IMG/VR virus record: IMGVR_UViG_3300021387_001147
Coordinates: 1 to 64,000 of that record
Length of the DNA stretch: 64,000 nucleotides
Direction: 5' to 3' (one strand)
DNA from: a virus
Taxonomy: Duplodnaviria > Caudoviricetes
In this document: positions 1 through 8,495 of the stretch, piece by piece
Layout of the letters: the number at the start of each line of letters is the position of its first letter
How positions within the stretch are numbered: the stretch's first letter is position 1
The notes under the pieces: generated by a model
Databases searched by the model: none
The model's input: only the letters and a program-made list of their open reading frames with translations
Told to the model about the DNA's origin: nothing
Translations under genes and position numbers: made by a program

Positions 1-68
1 GCCGGCCTCTTCAAAAATTCTCCGGAGGATTATATTTTGGGAACTTTTTATCCCAGACTTCCGTTGGA

Positions 69-231
69 GATGCTCTTGAAGAGGGTACTATGACTTTGTT
101 TTCTGATTAGCTATCCTGGGACTGCAGTAATGTCTCCCGCAATCCCTCGTTACAGCAGATCTCGGCCTAGCTATGGTCGTAAAAGTATCTCCTTTCTCGA
201 ACAAAGTTATAGTATTCTCTTCAAAAGCATC
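69..231 (+). repeat. 32-bp imperfect inverted repeat (69-100 / 200-231) enclosing a ~100-nt loop
   Basis: gatgctcttgaagagggtactatgactttgtt pairs with aacaaagttatagtattctcttcaaaagcatc; 3 of 4 deviations are G-T wobbles on the + strand. Confidence 0.85.
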
Positions 232-284
232 TATAAACCAATACCAAACTATCCAAAACTATCCAAAACAGGAGGCAAACTTGT

Positions 285-614
285 ATGAAACAAACCCCGT
301 CTTCTGCAGGTCGTAGAAGAGATCGAGTTGCAACAACTCCCGAGGCGAGAGAGCAGCAGTTAATCGCCAAAGCAGAGCGACTTGCAGAGAAAAAACTCGA
401 AGACGGAACTGCCTCTCCTCAGATTATTGTCCATTATCTACGACTTGCAACTGAAAAAGAGCGACTTGATCGTGAAGCATTAAAAGCAGACGTCGCTTTG
501 AAAGAAGCTAAGATCGAAGCATTGCAGTCTGCAGCTAAGATCGAGTCTTTGTATGAAGATGCAATGAGAATGTTCAAGAAATACCACGGCGAAGAGGATG
601 AGGCTGATGGTTAG
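285..614 (+). CDS. putative terminase small subunit
   Basis: 109-aa helical basic/acidic protein with GGAGG RBS; first gene of packaging module, next to HNH. Confidence 0.5.
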   Translation: MKQTPSSAGRRRDRVATTPEAREQQLIAKAERLAEKKLEDGTASPQIIVHYLRLATEKERLDREALKADVALKEAKIEALQSAAKIESLYEDAMRMFKKYHGEEDEADG

Positions 615-1017
615 AACTTATAGTGAACTAATCAAAATTCCAACATTTCTTGAGAGGTTCAAATACTTGAAACTTAACGGAAGTGTTGGCGTTGATACAT
701 TTGGATTTGACCGATATTTGAATCAGACTTTCTATAGATCATATGAGTGGAAGCGTTTACGAAACGACGTTATTGTACGTGACATGGGATGCGACCTCGG
801 ACTTGAAGGCTATGATATTTTTGACAAGATTCTAGTTCATCATATGAATCCAATAGGACCTGATGACATTATACATAGATCCGATTACTTACTTGATCCT
901 GAGTTCCTGATCTGTACATCGAAACTTACTCACGATGCAATCCACTACGGAGATGAACAGATACTCTATCAGGATCCAGTAATCCGAACTCCTGGCGACA
1001 CTTGTCCTTGGAGATAA
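598..1017 (+). CDS. HNH endonuclease (packaging-associated)
   Basis: RD.GCDL..LVHHMNPI..LIC...THDAIH motif; position near terminase. Confidence 0.8.
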   Translation: MRLMVRTYSELIKIPTFLERFKYLKLNGSVGVDTFGFDRYLNQTFYRSYEWKRLRNDVIVRDMGCDLGLEGYDIFDKILVHHMNPIGPDDIIHRSDYLLDPEFLICTSKLTHDAIHYGDEQILYQDPVIRTPGDTCPWR

Positions 1018-1115
1018 CTATGCTGGGCCCAGCCTTCACTGCCATAGCTATAGATTTACGGATTTGTTACATCTTTGCAGTGAAGGCATAAAAAGAATTA
1101 CATGGAGGCGTTATC

Positions 1116-1460
1116 ATGCTTGAAATTAAGGATGGCGTAATTACTGTCACTCAAGGGGACACAATTGAAACGTCTCTTGAAATGTACATTGACGAGGAGA
1201 TGGAAACGCCATATGTTCCATCCTCTCTTGATCAGATTTGGTTCGCTGTGAAGGACAAAGATAGATCAAACGTCGAACCGATCTTTAGTGTCCAGATTCC
1301 TATCGACACTATGATCCTTCGAGTCGAACATGAGGACACTGAGAAGTTGCCGTATAAGGATAAACCATATTATTATGACGTTGAGTTGATTACTCCTGAT
1401 GGAACTCATAAGACCTTCATTTCTAATCTTCTTTACTCTACGAGGGAGGTACATAAATGA
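1116..1460 (+). CDS. BppU N-terminal-like beta-sandwich structural protein
   Basis: ITVTQGDT..IWFAVK..YYYDVELIT pattern; GGAGG RBS. Confidence 0.5.
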   Translation: MLEIKDGVITVTQGDTIETSLEMYIDEEMETPYVPSSLDQIWFAVKDKDRSNVEPIFSVQIPIDTMILRVEHEDTEKLPYKDKPYYYDVELITPDGTHKTFISNLLYSTREVHK

Positions 1461-2308
1461 GCGTTGAACCTATTAAAGGCGTACTTTCCATTTATACGAA
1501 TCCTCTCTACGGAACATTAGCATCTGAATTACTTAGGGGCTACTCTGCTTACAACATAGCGGTAATGGAAGGATACGAAGGCACAGTTGATGAATGGCTT
1601 GAATCTCTTAAAGGTGAAAAAGGAGACAAAGGCGACATTGGTGAAACCGGACCTCAAGGAGAGAAGGGCGATACAGGTCTTCCTGGATCTGACGGCGAAA
1701 CTGGACCAAAAGGTGACAAGGGTGATAAAGGCGATACTGGCAATGGCATTTATGCAGTCGTCTTAAGAGCTGACTATACACTTTCGATATACTTTACAGA
1801 TGGTTCAGTTTACAATACACCATCCATCAGAGGACGAGAAGGAGCTGTAGGTCCAGCTGGTCCTGTTGGTCCACAAGGTGAGACTGGCGCAAAAGGTGAT
1901 AAGGGTGACACTGGAGACGCCGGTGTTGGAATTTCCTCAATTGTTCAAAATGCCGACCATTCTTTAACGATTAATCTTGACAACGGTACTAGTTATACAA
2001 CTGATCCAGTTGAAGCTTTAAAAGGAGACAAAGGCGATACTGGCAACGGTATCTCTTCGATAGTCATGAAATCTGATTACACTCTTCAGATTAACATGAC
2101 GAATGGCGCTTCTTACACTACACCTTCGATCCGTGGCGTTGCTGGCGCAAAAGGCGACAAAGGCGATCCAGGCGAGCTGACCTTTGAAGATAAGCCTGTG
2201 GATGCTTCTGCGTCTGGTTCGCAAGGACAGGTAGCGTATGATAGCAATTATTTGTATATCTGTGTGGAAACGAATACATGGAAACGAGTTGCACTTGAGA
2301 CATGGTAA
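1457..2308 (+). CDS. collagen-like fibre protein
   Basis: Several G-X-Y runs (GEKGDKGDIGETGPQG) separated by repeated GNGISSIV..DYTL.I modules; C-terminal GQVAYDSNYLYICV..NTWKRVAL. Confidence 0.85.
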   Translation: MSVEPIKGVLSIYTNPLYGTLASELLRGYSAYNIAVMEGYEGTVDEWLESLKGEKGDKGDIGETGPQGEKGDTGLPGSDGETGPKGDKGDKGDTGNGIYAVVLRADYTLSIYFTDGSVYNTPSIRGREGAVGPAGPVGPQGETGAKGDKGDTGDAGVGISSIVQNADHSLTINLDNGTSYTTDPVEALKGDKGDTGNGISSIVMKSDYTLQINMTNGASYTTPSIRGVAGAKGDKGDPGELTFEDKPVDASASGSQGQVAYDSNYLYICVETNTWKRVALETW

Positions 2309-2332
2309 ACTAACTTAAATGGCACATTAAAT

Positions 2333-2510
2333 CATATGTAGTGGCGGAATAGGTAGACGCTATGAAGTATACAGGTAGGCAGGAACTTCGGTTCAAATCC
2401 GGCTTGGCGTACATGTATTTACATGTGGTGGACGAAGTAGTCCTGGACGCAGAGGTTTATATCTAGGTGACATTCCTGCTATATAAGGTGCAAATCCTTA
2501 TCTGCATATG
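2333..2510 (+). ncRNA. tRNA-Leu-like RNA with expanded insert replacing the anticodon arm
   Basis: Acceptor catatgtag/ctgcatatg; D-arm GGCGGAATAGGTAGACGC; T-arm ataagg-TGCAAAT-ccttat; no canonical anticodon stem; no encoded CCA. Confidence 0.7.
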
Positions 2511-2842
2511 AGTTACAAATAATTATTAACGCTTTCTCCTTTCACAAACTAACTTAATGATTCCTCAACACCTGTTGAGTTTCATAATTTTTCTCCTTTA
2601 TTTAAGGCGGCATTAGGGTTTGGCTCATGCTATATGAGTCAGGCCCTTTTGTTCGCTACAAATGTGTATTTAACAGCGGCCTTGCTATTTGGTTATCCGC
2701 CTCCTTTCTTGATAGCTAAAATGGGTATTGGTTAATTGCTTTGCTGCTGCACGGGTTTCTTGTCAATTGTCATAGTCCAAGTAGCAAGGAAGCTGTTAAG
2801 TACACATTTATACAAACATCATATAGCAAAAGAGGTGATCTT

Positions 2843-3214
2843 ATGGACAGCATTCTAACATCCGTAAAAAAGAAGCTCGGGATCGAAGAAGAGTATGAGC
2901 ACTTTGACGATGGCGACATTATCGACCACATTAACAGTGCCTTCTTTACTTTGAATCAGTTAGGAGTTGGTCCAGATAAGCCATTTGTTATCGATGATGA
3001 TTCTTATGTCTGGACTGACTTTGTTCCTGAAGGCGAAGCAGAAGCTGTGAAGTCTTATGTGGCTTTGTATGTGAAGCTTTTATTCGATCCTCCGTCGAGT
3101 TCCCATCTGGTTGAGAATATTAACCAGAAAATTCGGGAGCTTGAGTTTAGACTACTTGTTGATGCAGAGAAAGACAAACTCTACCCAGCTGACATGGGCG
3201 GAGTCTATATGTGA
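2843..3214 (+). CDS. head-tail connector/adaptor protein
   Basis: MDSILTSVKK.LGI..F..IIDHINSAF..L.QLGVGP..FDPP.SS pattern; GAGGTG RBS before ATG 2843. Confidence 0.65.
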   Translation: MDSILTSVKKKLGIEEEYEHFDDGDIIDHINSAFFTLNQLGVGPDKPFVIDDDSYVWTDFVPEGEAEAVKSYVALYVKLLFDPPSSSHLVENINQKIRELEFRLLVDAEKDKLYPADMGGVYM

Positions 3215-3233
3215 TTAGTTGAGGTACTTCAAA

Positions 3234-4679
3234 ATGCGAGTAATTGATGAACGTGGGCTTGTGTATGATTCACGATACATTTGCCATACTGCATTGTCGA
3301 ATCAAAAGTATGCTATTCCTAACCTAAAGAAGTATCCATTACCAGACAAAGCTCATGTGAAGTCAGCTATAAAGTTTTTTAATTATGTATCACCTAGATA
3401 TGAGAAGACTTTGGCTTATGCAATTCTTAAACGAATGGATGAATACGGCATGAGTTTTGATGACATGACCATTGGCGATGAGAATAGATTTAAGAAATAC
3501 ATTCCGAAGAGAGAATATCTTGCCCATCATGGCATAAAAGGAATGCACTGGTATGTCCGTAGATACCAGCCATATCCTGGAGATTACCGAGGCGAAGGCA
3601 AATACGTCGGTAAGAGAAGTTTAGCAGAAGGTGCCTCTAATGCAGTCAGATCTGTAGGCAGAGGCTTTAAAAAGGCTGCAAAGTGGACTGCTAACAAAGT
3701 TATGATGTCTAAGAAGTTCCCGAATTCCCTTCTTAGTGATGAAGCACTTGCTAGAAAAACTGAAAGATACAGAGCTGAAAATGCCCTTAATCTTGAAATG
3801 GGTAAGAGAACTGGACAACAGCAACTTGCAGCCAGATCTGAAAGAGAAAGGCTTAAAAGAGATGCTGCTAGGCAAGTAGTGTTTAATACACTGCAGGCTG
3901 TAGGCACTCAGGCACTTGCAAATTACGTCAAGACTAAGATGCAGAATAGAGCCAACCTTACAGATAAGATGCAGAATGACATTTATAAAGATTCGAGAGA
4001 ACGTGGAATGACAGCTCTTGAATCGATGACAAACGCCAAGAACAAAGAGTTCATTATTCCGAAAAAGAAGGATGATAGTTTTGATGGTCTTTCGAATCCT
4101 GTTAAGAATCAGATGATGAAGGACATCTATGATAAAGCTAAAGAAGCTGGCTATGGTGCCAAAGATGCTGCTAGATTTGCTGCGAAGATGGATGACAGCT
4201 TTACAAAGAGAAGTAACACTTCTACATCCGATTATAGAGATGTAACGAATGATACAGGTCCGTCTAGATCGTCTGACTATAGAGATGTAACAAATGAACC
4301 AAGTTCAACTAAGACATCATTTGTCACAAAGAATGATAAGCTTAAAGGCATACTCGATTATGCAAAGAGCGTCGAAGTAAGCGATTCAGGGTATAAAATC
4401 TTTACAGGTCCGAAAGCAGATCGCAAAACTGCAAAGTCTGTGACATTCGATAACTACGATGGATCTGACTTCGTTAAACTAGTTAAGCCAAAATTAACAG
4501 GTGCTGCTAGAGAAGCTCATGCATATAAGATGTTCAAAGAAGCAAAAGCTAACTGGTATGAGTCTAGTGGATCAGGCACTAGAATTGTAGGAGATACGAT
4601 TATCTATTCGGATGGATCTCGTGGAAGTCTTAAAGAATTGTTCAACAGCAATAAGTCATTCTGGCTTGGGCAGGATTAA
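3234..4679 (+). CDS. putative internal virion protein ([10 protein letters not shown] domain plus YLAHHGIKG motif)
   Basis: Lys-rich 481-aa protein; [11 protein letters not shown] motif; internal SDYRDVTN duplication; start after TTGAGGTACTTCAAA. Confidence 0.5.
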   Translation: MRVIDERGLVYDSRYICHTALSNQKYAIPNLKKYPLPDKAHVKSAIKFFNYVSPRYEKTLAYAILKRMDEYGMSFDDMTIGDENRFKKYIPKREYLAHHGIKGMHWYVRRYQPYPGDYRGEGKYVGKRSLAEGASNAVRSVGRGFKKAAKWTANKVMMSKKFPNSLLSDEALARKTERYRAENALNLEMGKRTGQQQLAARSERERLKRDAARQVVFNTLQAVGTQALANYVKTKMQNRANLTDKMQNDIYKDSRERGMTALESMTNAKNKEFIIPKKKDDSFDGLSNPVKNQMMKDIYDKAKEAGYGAKDAARFAAKMDDSFTKRSNTSTSDYRDVTNDTGPSRSSDYRDVTNEPSSTKTSFVTKNDKLKGILDYAKSVEVSDSGYKIFTGPKADRKTAKSVTFDNYDGSDFVKLVKPKLTGAAREAHAYKMFKEAKANWYESSGSGTRIVGDTIIYSDGSRGSLKELFNSNKSFWLGQD

Positions 4680-6424
4680 TGTCTCTCTCCAACACCGCAA
4701 CCCCGAAATATTACGGCCAGTTCCGGGACGCAGTAATACGCGGCGAAATACCGGTATGTGAGACTATTGAGATGGAGATGAATAGGATTGATGCTCTTAT
4801 TCGATCCCCTATTTACTATTACGATGATAACGCTGTTGAAGGATACATTTCATACTGTGAGAATGAATTAACACTTACAGATGGATCTGACATGTTCCTC
4901 CTCGATAGCTTCAAACTTTGGGCAGAAGAGATATTTGGCTGGTACTACTTTGTTGAAAAGTCTGTATACGTGCCAGGTAAGAATGGAGAGCCAGGGAGAT
5001 ATGTTCGAAAGACTGTTAAGAAGAGATTAACTTTGAAACAGATTCTTATCGTAGGACGAGGAGCCTCCAAGTCGACTTACTGCTCAACGATTCATAGTCA
5101 CTATTTAAATGTTGACACGTCTACCACACATCAGATAGCTACTGCTCCAACTATGAAGCAGGCAGAAGAAGTATTATCCCCAATTCGTACAAGTATCATA
5201 AGATCACGTGGACCATATTTCAAATTCTTAACAGCTGGATCTATTCACAATACGACTGGATCAGCTGCTAATAGAGTTCACTTGGCTTCAACTAAGAAAG
5301 GCATTGAGAATTTCTTTACTGGATCACTGCTTGAAATTAGGCCTATGAGCATAGATAAGCTTCAGGGTCTAAAAGTGAAAGTTGCATCAGTTGATGAGTG
5401 GCTTTCCGGTGATATTCGTGAAGATGTTATCGGTGCTATTGAGCAGGGTGCATCTAAGAATCCTGATTATCTCATCTTAGCTACAAGTTCAGAAGGCACT
5501 GTACGAAATGGACCTGGCGATACTGTAAAGATGGAGATCATGGACATTCTTAAAGGTAAGTACATGAATCCGCATGTATCTATTTGGTACTACAAGCTTG
5601 ATGATGTGAAGGAAGTTGCTAATCCAGACATGTGGGTTAAAGCAAATCCTAATATTGGTAAGACAGTTTCTTATGAAGCTTATCAGATGGATGTTGATAA
5701 GGCTGAACATAATCCGTCAGCAAGAAATGATATTCTGGCTAAGAGATTTGGTATTCCGTCAGAAGGCTATACGTACTTCTTTACTTACGAAGAGACACTA
5801 TGTCATCCGAAGAAAGAGTATTGGCAGATGCCATGCTCTATGGGTGCTGACCTTTCTCGTGGTGATGACTTCTGTGCTTTCACTTTTCTATTCCCGCTTC
5901 CTTACGAGAAGTTCGGAGTTAAAGTTCGTTCTTACATTACTTCTAATACTCTGCATAAACTCCCAGGCGCAATGCGATTTAAATACGATGAATTCATTGA
6001 AGAGGGCAGCCTTATAGTTCTTGAAGGCACTGTTCTGGACATGAATGAAGTCTATGAAGATCTTGAGAAGCATTATCTTGCATTTGATTACGACATCAGA
6101 TCATTTGGATTCGACCCGTATAATGCTCGCGAGTTCGTACAGAGATGGGAAGCTGAGAATGGACCCTTTGGAATTGAGAAAGTAATTCAGGGTGCCAAGA
6201 CCGAATCTGTACCTCTTGGCGAATTAAAGAAACTTGCTGAGGATAGATGCCTTCTGTTTGATGAGAAGCTTATGGAGTTTTGTATGGGTAACTGTATCAC
6301 TCTTGAAGATACAAACGGCAACAGGAAACTCCTTAAGCGCCGCCATGACCAGAAAATAGATAATGTGTCAGCTCTTATGGATGCATTCATAGCCTATAAG
6401 CTTAACAAAGATTTGTTTGATTGA
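4679..6424 (+). CDS. terL: terminase large subunit
   Basis: Walker A-like VGRGASKS, Walker B VASVDEW, nuclease GADLS.GDDF and C-terminal KIDNVSALMDA. Confidence 0.95.
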   Translation: MSLSNTATPKYYGQFRDAVIRGEIPVCETIEMEMNRIDALIRSPIYYYDDNAVEGYISYCENELTLTDGSDMFLLDSFKLWAEEIFGWYYFVEKSVYVPGKNGEPGRYVRKTVKKRLTLKQILIVGRGASKSTYCSTIHSHYLNVDTSTTHQIATAPTMKQAEEVLSPIRTSIIRSRGPYFKFLTAGSIHNTTGSAANRVHLASTKKGIENFFTGSLLEIRPMSIDKLQGLKVKVASVDEWLSGDIREDVIGAIEQGASKNPDYLILATSSEGTVRNGPGDTVKMEIMDILKGKYMNPHVSIWYYKLDDVKEVANPDMWVKANPNIGKTVSYEAYQMDVDKAEHNPSARNDILAKRFGIPSEGYTYFFTYEETLCHPKKEYWQMPCSMGADLSRGDDFCAFTFLFPLPYEKFGVKVRSYITSNTLHKLPGAMRFKYDEFIEEGSLIVLEGTVLDMNEVYEDLEKHYLAFDYDIRSFGFDPYNAREFVQRWEAENGPFGIEKVIQGAKTESVPLGELKKLAEDRCLLFDEKLMEFCMGNCITLEDTNGNRKLLKRRHDQKIDNVSALMDAFIAYKLNKDLFD

Positions 6425-6435
6425 GGTACTTCAAA

Positions 6436-7182
6436 ATGAGAATAATTACTAATAATGGTTTGGTTTACGATAGTGCTGACTATTTGTACTATTTAGCACA
6501 TCATGGAATACAAGGACAGAAATGGGGAAAGCAGAATGGTCCGCCGTATCCGTTATCTCCAAGTGCTCATAGTCAGGCAGAAAAGAGACTTCGTTTGGTC
6601 AATGAAGGACAGCTTGATTCTTGGAAGGATGAACAGGCTGTAAAAGTAAACAAAAAGTACGATAAGAAGATCACACGTATTCAGAAAAAAGTAGATAAGA
6701 ATGCAAGAAGTCTCGAAGCTGCAAAAGAAATGGGTGCCAGTGATAAGGCTTTAGCAAAGAAACAGGCTAAAGTTCAGAGGCTAGTCGAAAAGAGTATAAA
6801 GACTAAAGCGATGAAAGCCCTTGAAAATGAAGCATTAGCCAAGATGAACATTGACGATGTCAATGCTGAGGAAATTAAAGTGATTAAAGCGCGTGCTAAA
6901 GACGCATTGATTACAATTGGCAGCATGGCATTACATGCTGGAGGCGTTATTCCTTTCCATTTTTACGCTATCTCTAATACAAAGGCTATTCGTAGAGACA
7001 GTAGGATGAATACACTTAACATTAAGCAGAAGCAAGGCATGTCTAATCTTAAATCCGATAAGAATGTTGCATTTGTAGCTAATCGAGCAAAAGGTATGAG
7101 AACAAGCGGACTTTCTTATGCACAGATTGCTAGAAAGCTTGGCATACCGTTAAGCTCCGTATCCTATTACTTGAGTCTGTAA
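6436..7182 (+). CDS. HHGIQG-motif protein with C-terminal HTH
   Basis: YLAHHGIQGQKWG..NGPPYPL N-terminus; GLSYAQIARKLGIPLSSVSYYL HTH. Confidence 0.6.
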   Translation: MRIITNNGLVYDSADYLYYLAHHGIQGQKWGKQNGPPYPLSPSAHSQAEKRLRLVNEGQLDSWKDEQAVKVNKKYDKKITRIQKKVDKNARSLEAAKEMGASDKALAKKQAKVQRLVEKSIKTKAMKALENEALAKMNIDDVNAEEIKVIKARAKDALITIGSMALHAGGVIPFHFYAISNTKAIRRDSRMNTLNIKQKQGMSNLKSDKNVAFVANRAKGMRTSGLSYAQIARKLGIPLSSVSYYLSL

Positions 7183-7202
7183 AGCATTGAGGTAACTTCA
7201 AA

Positions 7203-8480
7203 ATGCCATATAATTTAACAGATAGATTAAAGAATGCCTGGAATGCATTCACCTCCAGGGATCCCACCACGAGATATCCTGGAGAGTTTTATGGATCTGC
7301 TTACAGGCCTGATCGAAAACGAAGCTTCGTAACGAATGACGGTAACATCATCACAATGATTGAAAACCGTATTGCTGTTGACGTAGCTCAGGTTGACATC
7401 AGGCATGTTAAGAAAGATAAAGATGGAAACTATAAAGAAGACATGGATACAAAAGGGAATCTAAATTTCCTATTTCAAGTCAGTGCCAACTTAGATCAAA
7501 CAGGAAGAGCTTTCTTTCAGGATGCTGCTATGAGCCTTCTAGATGAAGGATGTATAGCACTTGTTCCGATTGATACGGACATTAATCCTGAAGACGGCTC
7601 TTTTTCTATTGAATCGATTCGAGTTGGCCAGATTCTTGAATGGTTTCCAGCTCATATAAGAACACTTGTTTATAACGAGAAAACTGGCAGACGAGAAGAG
7701 CTAATTGTTCCAAAAGCTACTACTGCAATCATAGAGAATCCGTTCTATTCAATCATGAATTCTCCGAACTCTACTTTGCAGAGACTTATTAGAACACTTA
7801 GGACTCTTGACGTTGTCAATGAGGCTAATGCTTCAGGTAAGATGGATTTGATTATTCAGCTTCCCTATTCACTTAAGTCACCTCTTAAGCAACAGCAAGC
7901 CGAAGCTCGTCGTAAACAGGTTGAGATGCAGTTGGTTGGATCTAAGTATGGGATTGCGTACATCGATGCAGCTGAACACATTACACAGCTTAATAGACCG
8001 CTTGAGAACAACTTATGGAAAGAAGCACAAGACCTAACGGCAATGCTATACAACCAGCTTGGACTCACTCAGTCTATCTTTGACGGTACTGCGTCAGACT
8101 CACAGATGACCAATTACTATAACCGTACAATTGAACCTATTCTTGCTGCCATTACAGAAGAGATGGAAAGGAAGTTCTTAACCAGAACAGCACTTTCTCA
8201 GCATCAGGCGATCATGTACATTAGAGATCCGTTTAAGTTAACAACTGTTACTGATATTGCCAGCATTGCTCAGACATTTACTCAGAATGAAGTTATGTCT
8301 TCGAATGAGATCAGAGCAAAGATTGGCCTTAAACCTGTTAATACTGCAAGAGCTAACGAGTTGATTAATAAGAACATTAATAAAGTTGGTGAATCGCCAC
8401 TTCCGAAAGGAAATGATGAGATGCCTACTGAAGACGCTCCCCCAGCTACTGAAGCTCCTGAAGTAAACAATACAGAATGA
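7203..8480 (+). CDS. portal protein (HK97-like)
   Basis: 425 aa after terL; IENRIAVDVA..N..QTG..F..LLDEG..LVP and YYNRTIEP..EIRAKIGL patterns. Confidence 0.9.
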   Translation: MPYNLTDRLKNAWNAFTSRDPTTRYPGEFYGSAYRPDRKRSFVTNDGNIITMIENRIAVDVAQVDIRHVKKDKDGNYKEDMDTKGNLNFLFQVSANLDQTGRAFFQDAAMSLLDEGCIALVPIDTDINPEDGSFSIESIRVGQILEWFPAHIRTLVYNEKTGRREELIVPKATTAIIENPFYSIMNSPNSTLQRLIRTLRTLDVVNEANASGKMDLIIQLPYSLKSPLKQQQAEARRKQVEMQLVGSKYGIAYIDAAEHITQLNRPLENNLWKEAQDLTAMLYNQLGLTQSIFDGTASDSQMTNYYNRTIEPILAAITEEMERKFLTRTALSQHQAIMYIRDPFKLTTVTDIASIAQTFTQNEVMSSNEIRAKIGLKPVNTARANELINKNINKVGESPLPKGNDEMPTEDAPPATEAPEVNNTE

Positions 8481-8495
8481 AAGGAATAATTCAAA

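Noticed and set aside
2333-2510. Canonical tRNA, tmRNA or group I intron-containing tRNA
   Set aside because: No anticodon stem-loop, no tag ORF, and the insert is too short and lacks group I core elements.
2738-2766. Minus-strand promoter at TTGACA 2766-2761
   Set aside because: No acceptable -10 hexamer at 17-nt spacing.
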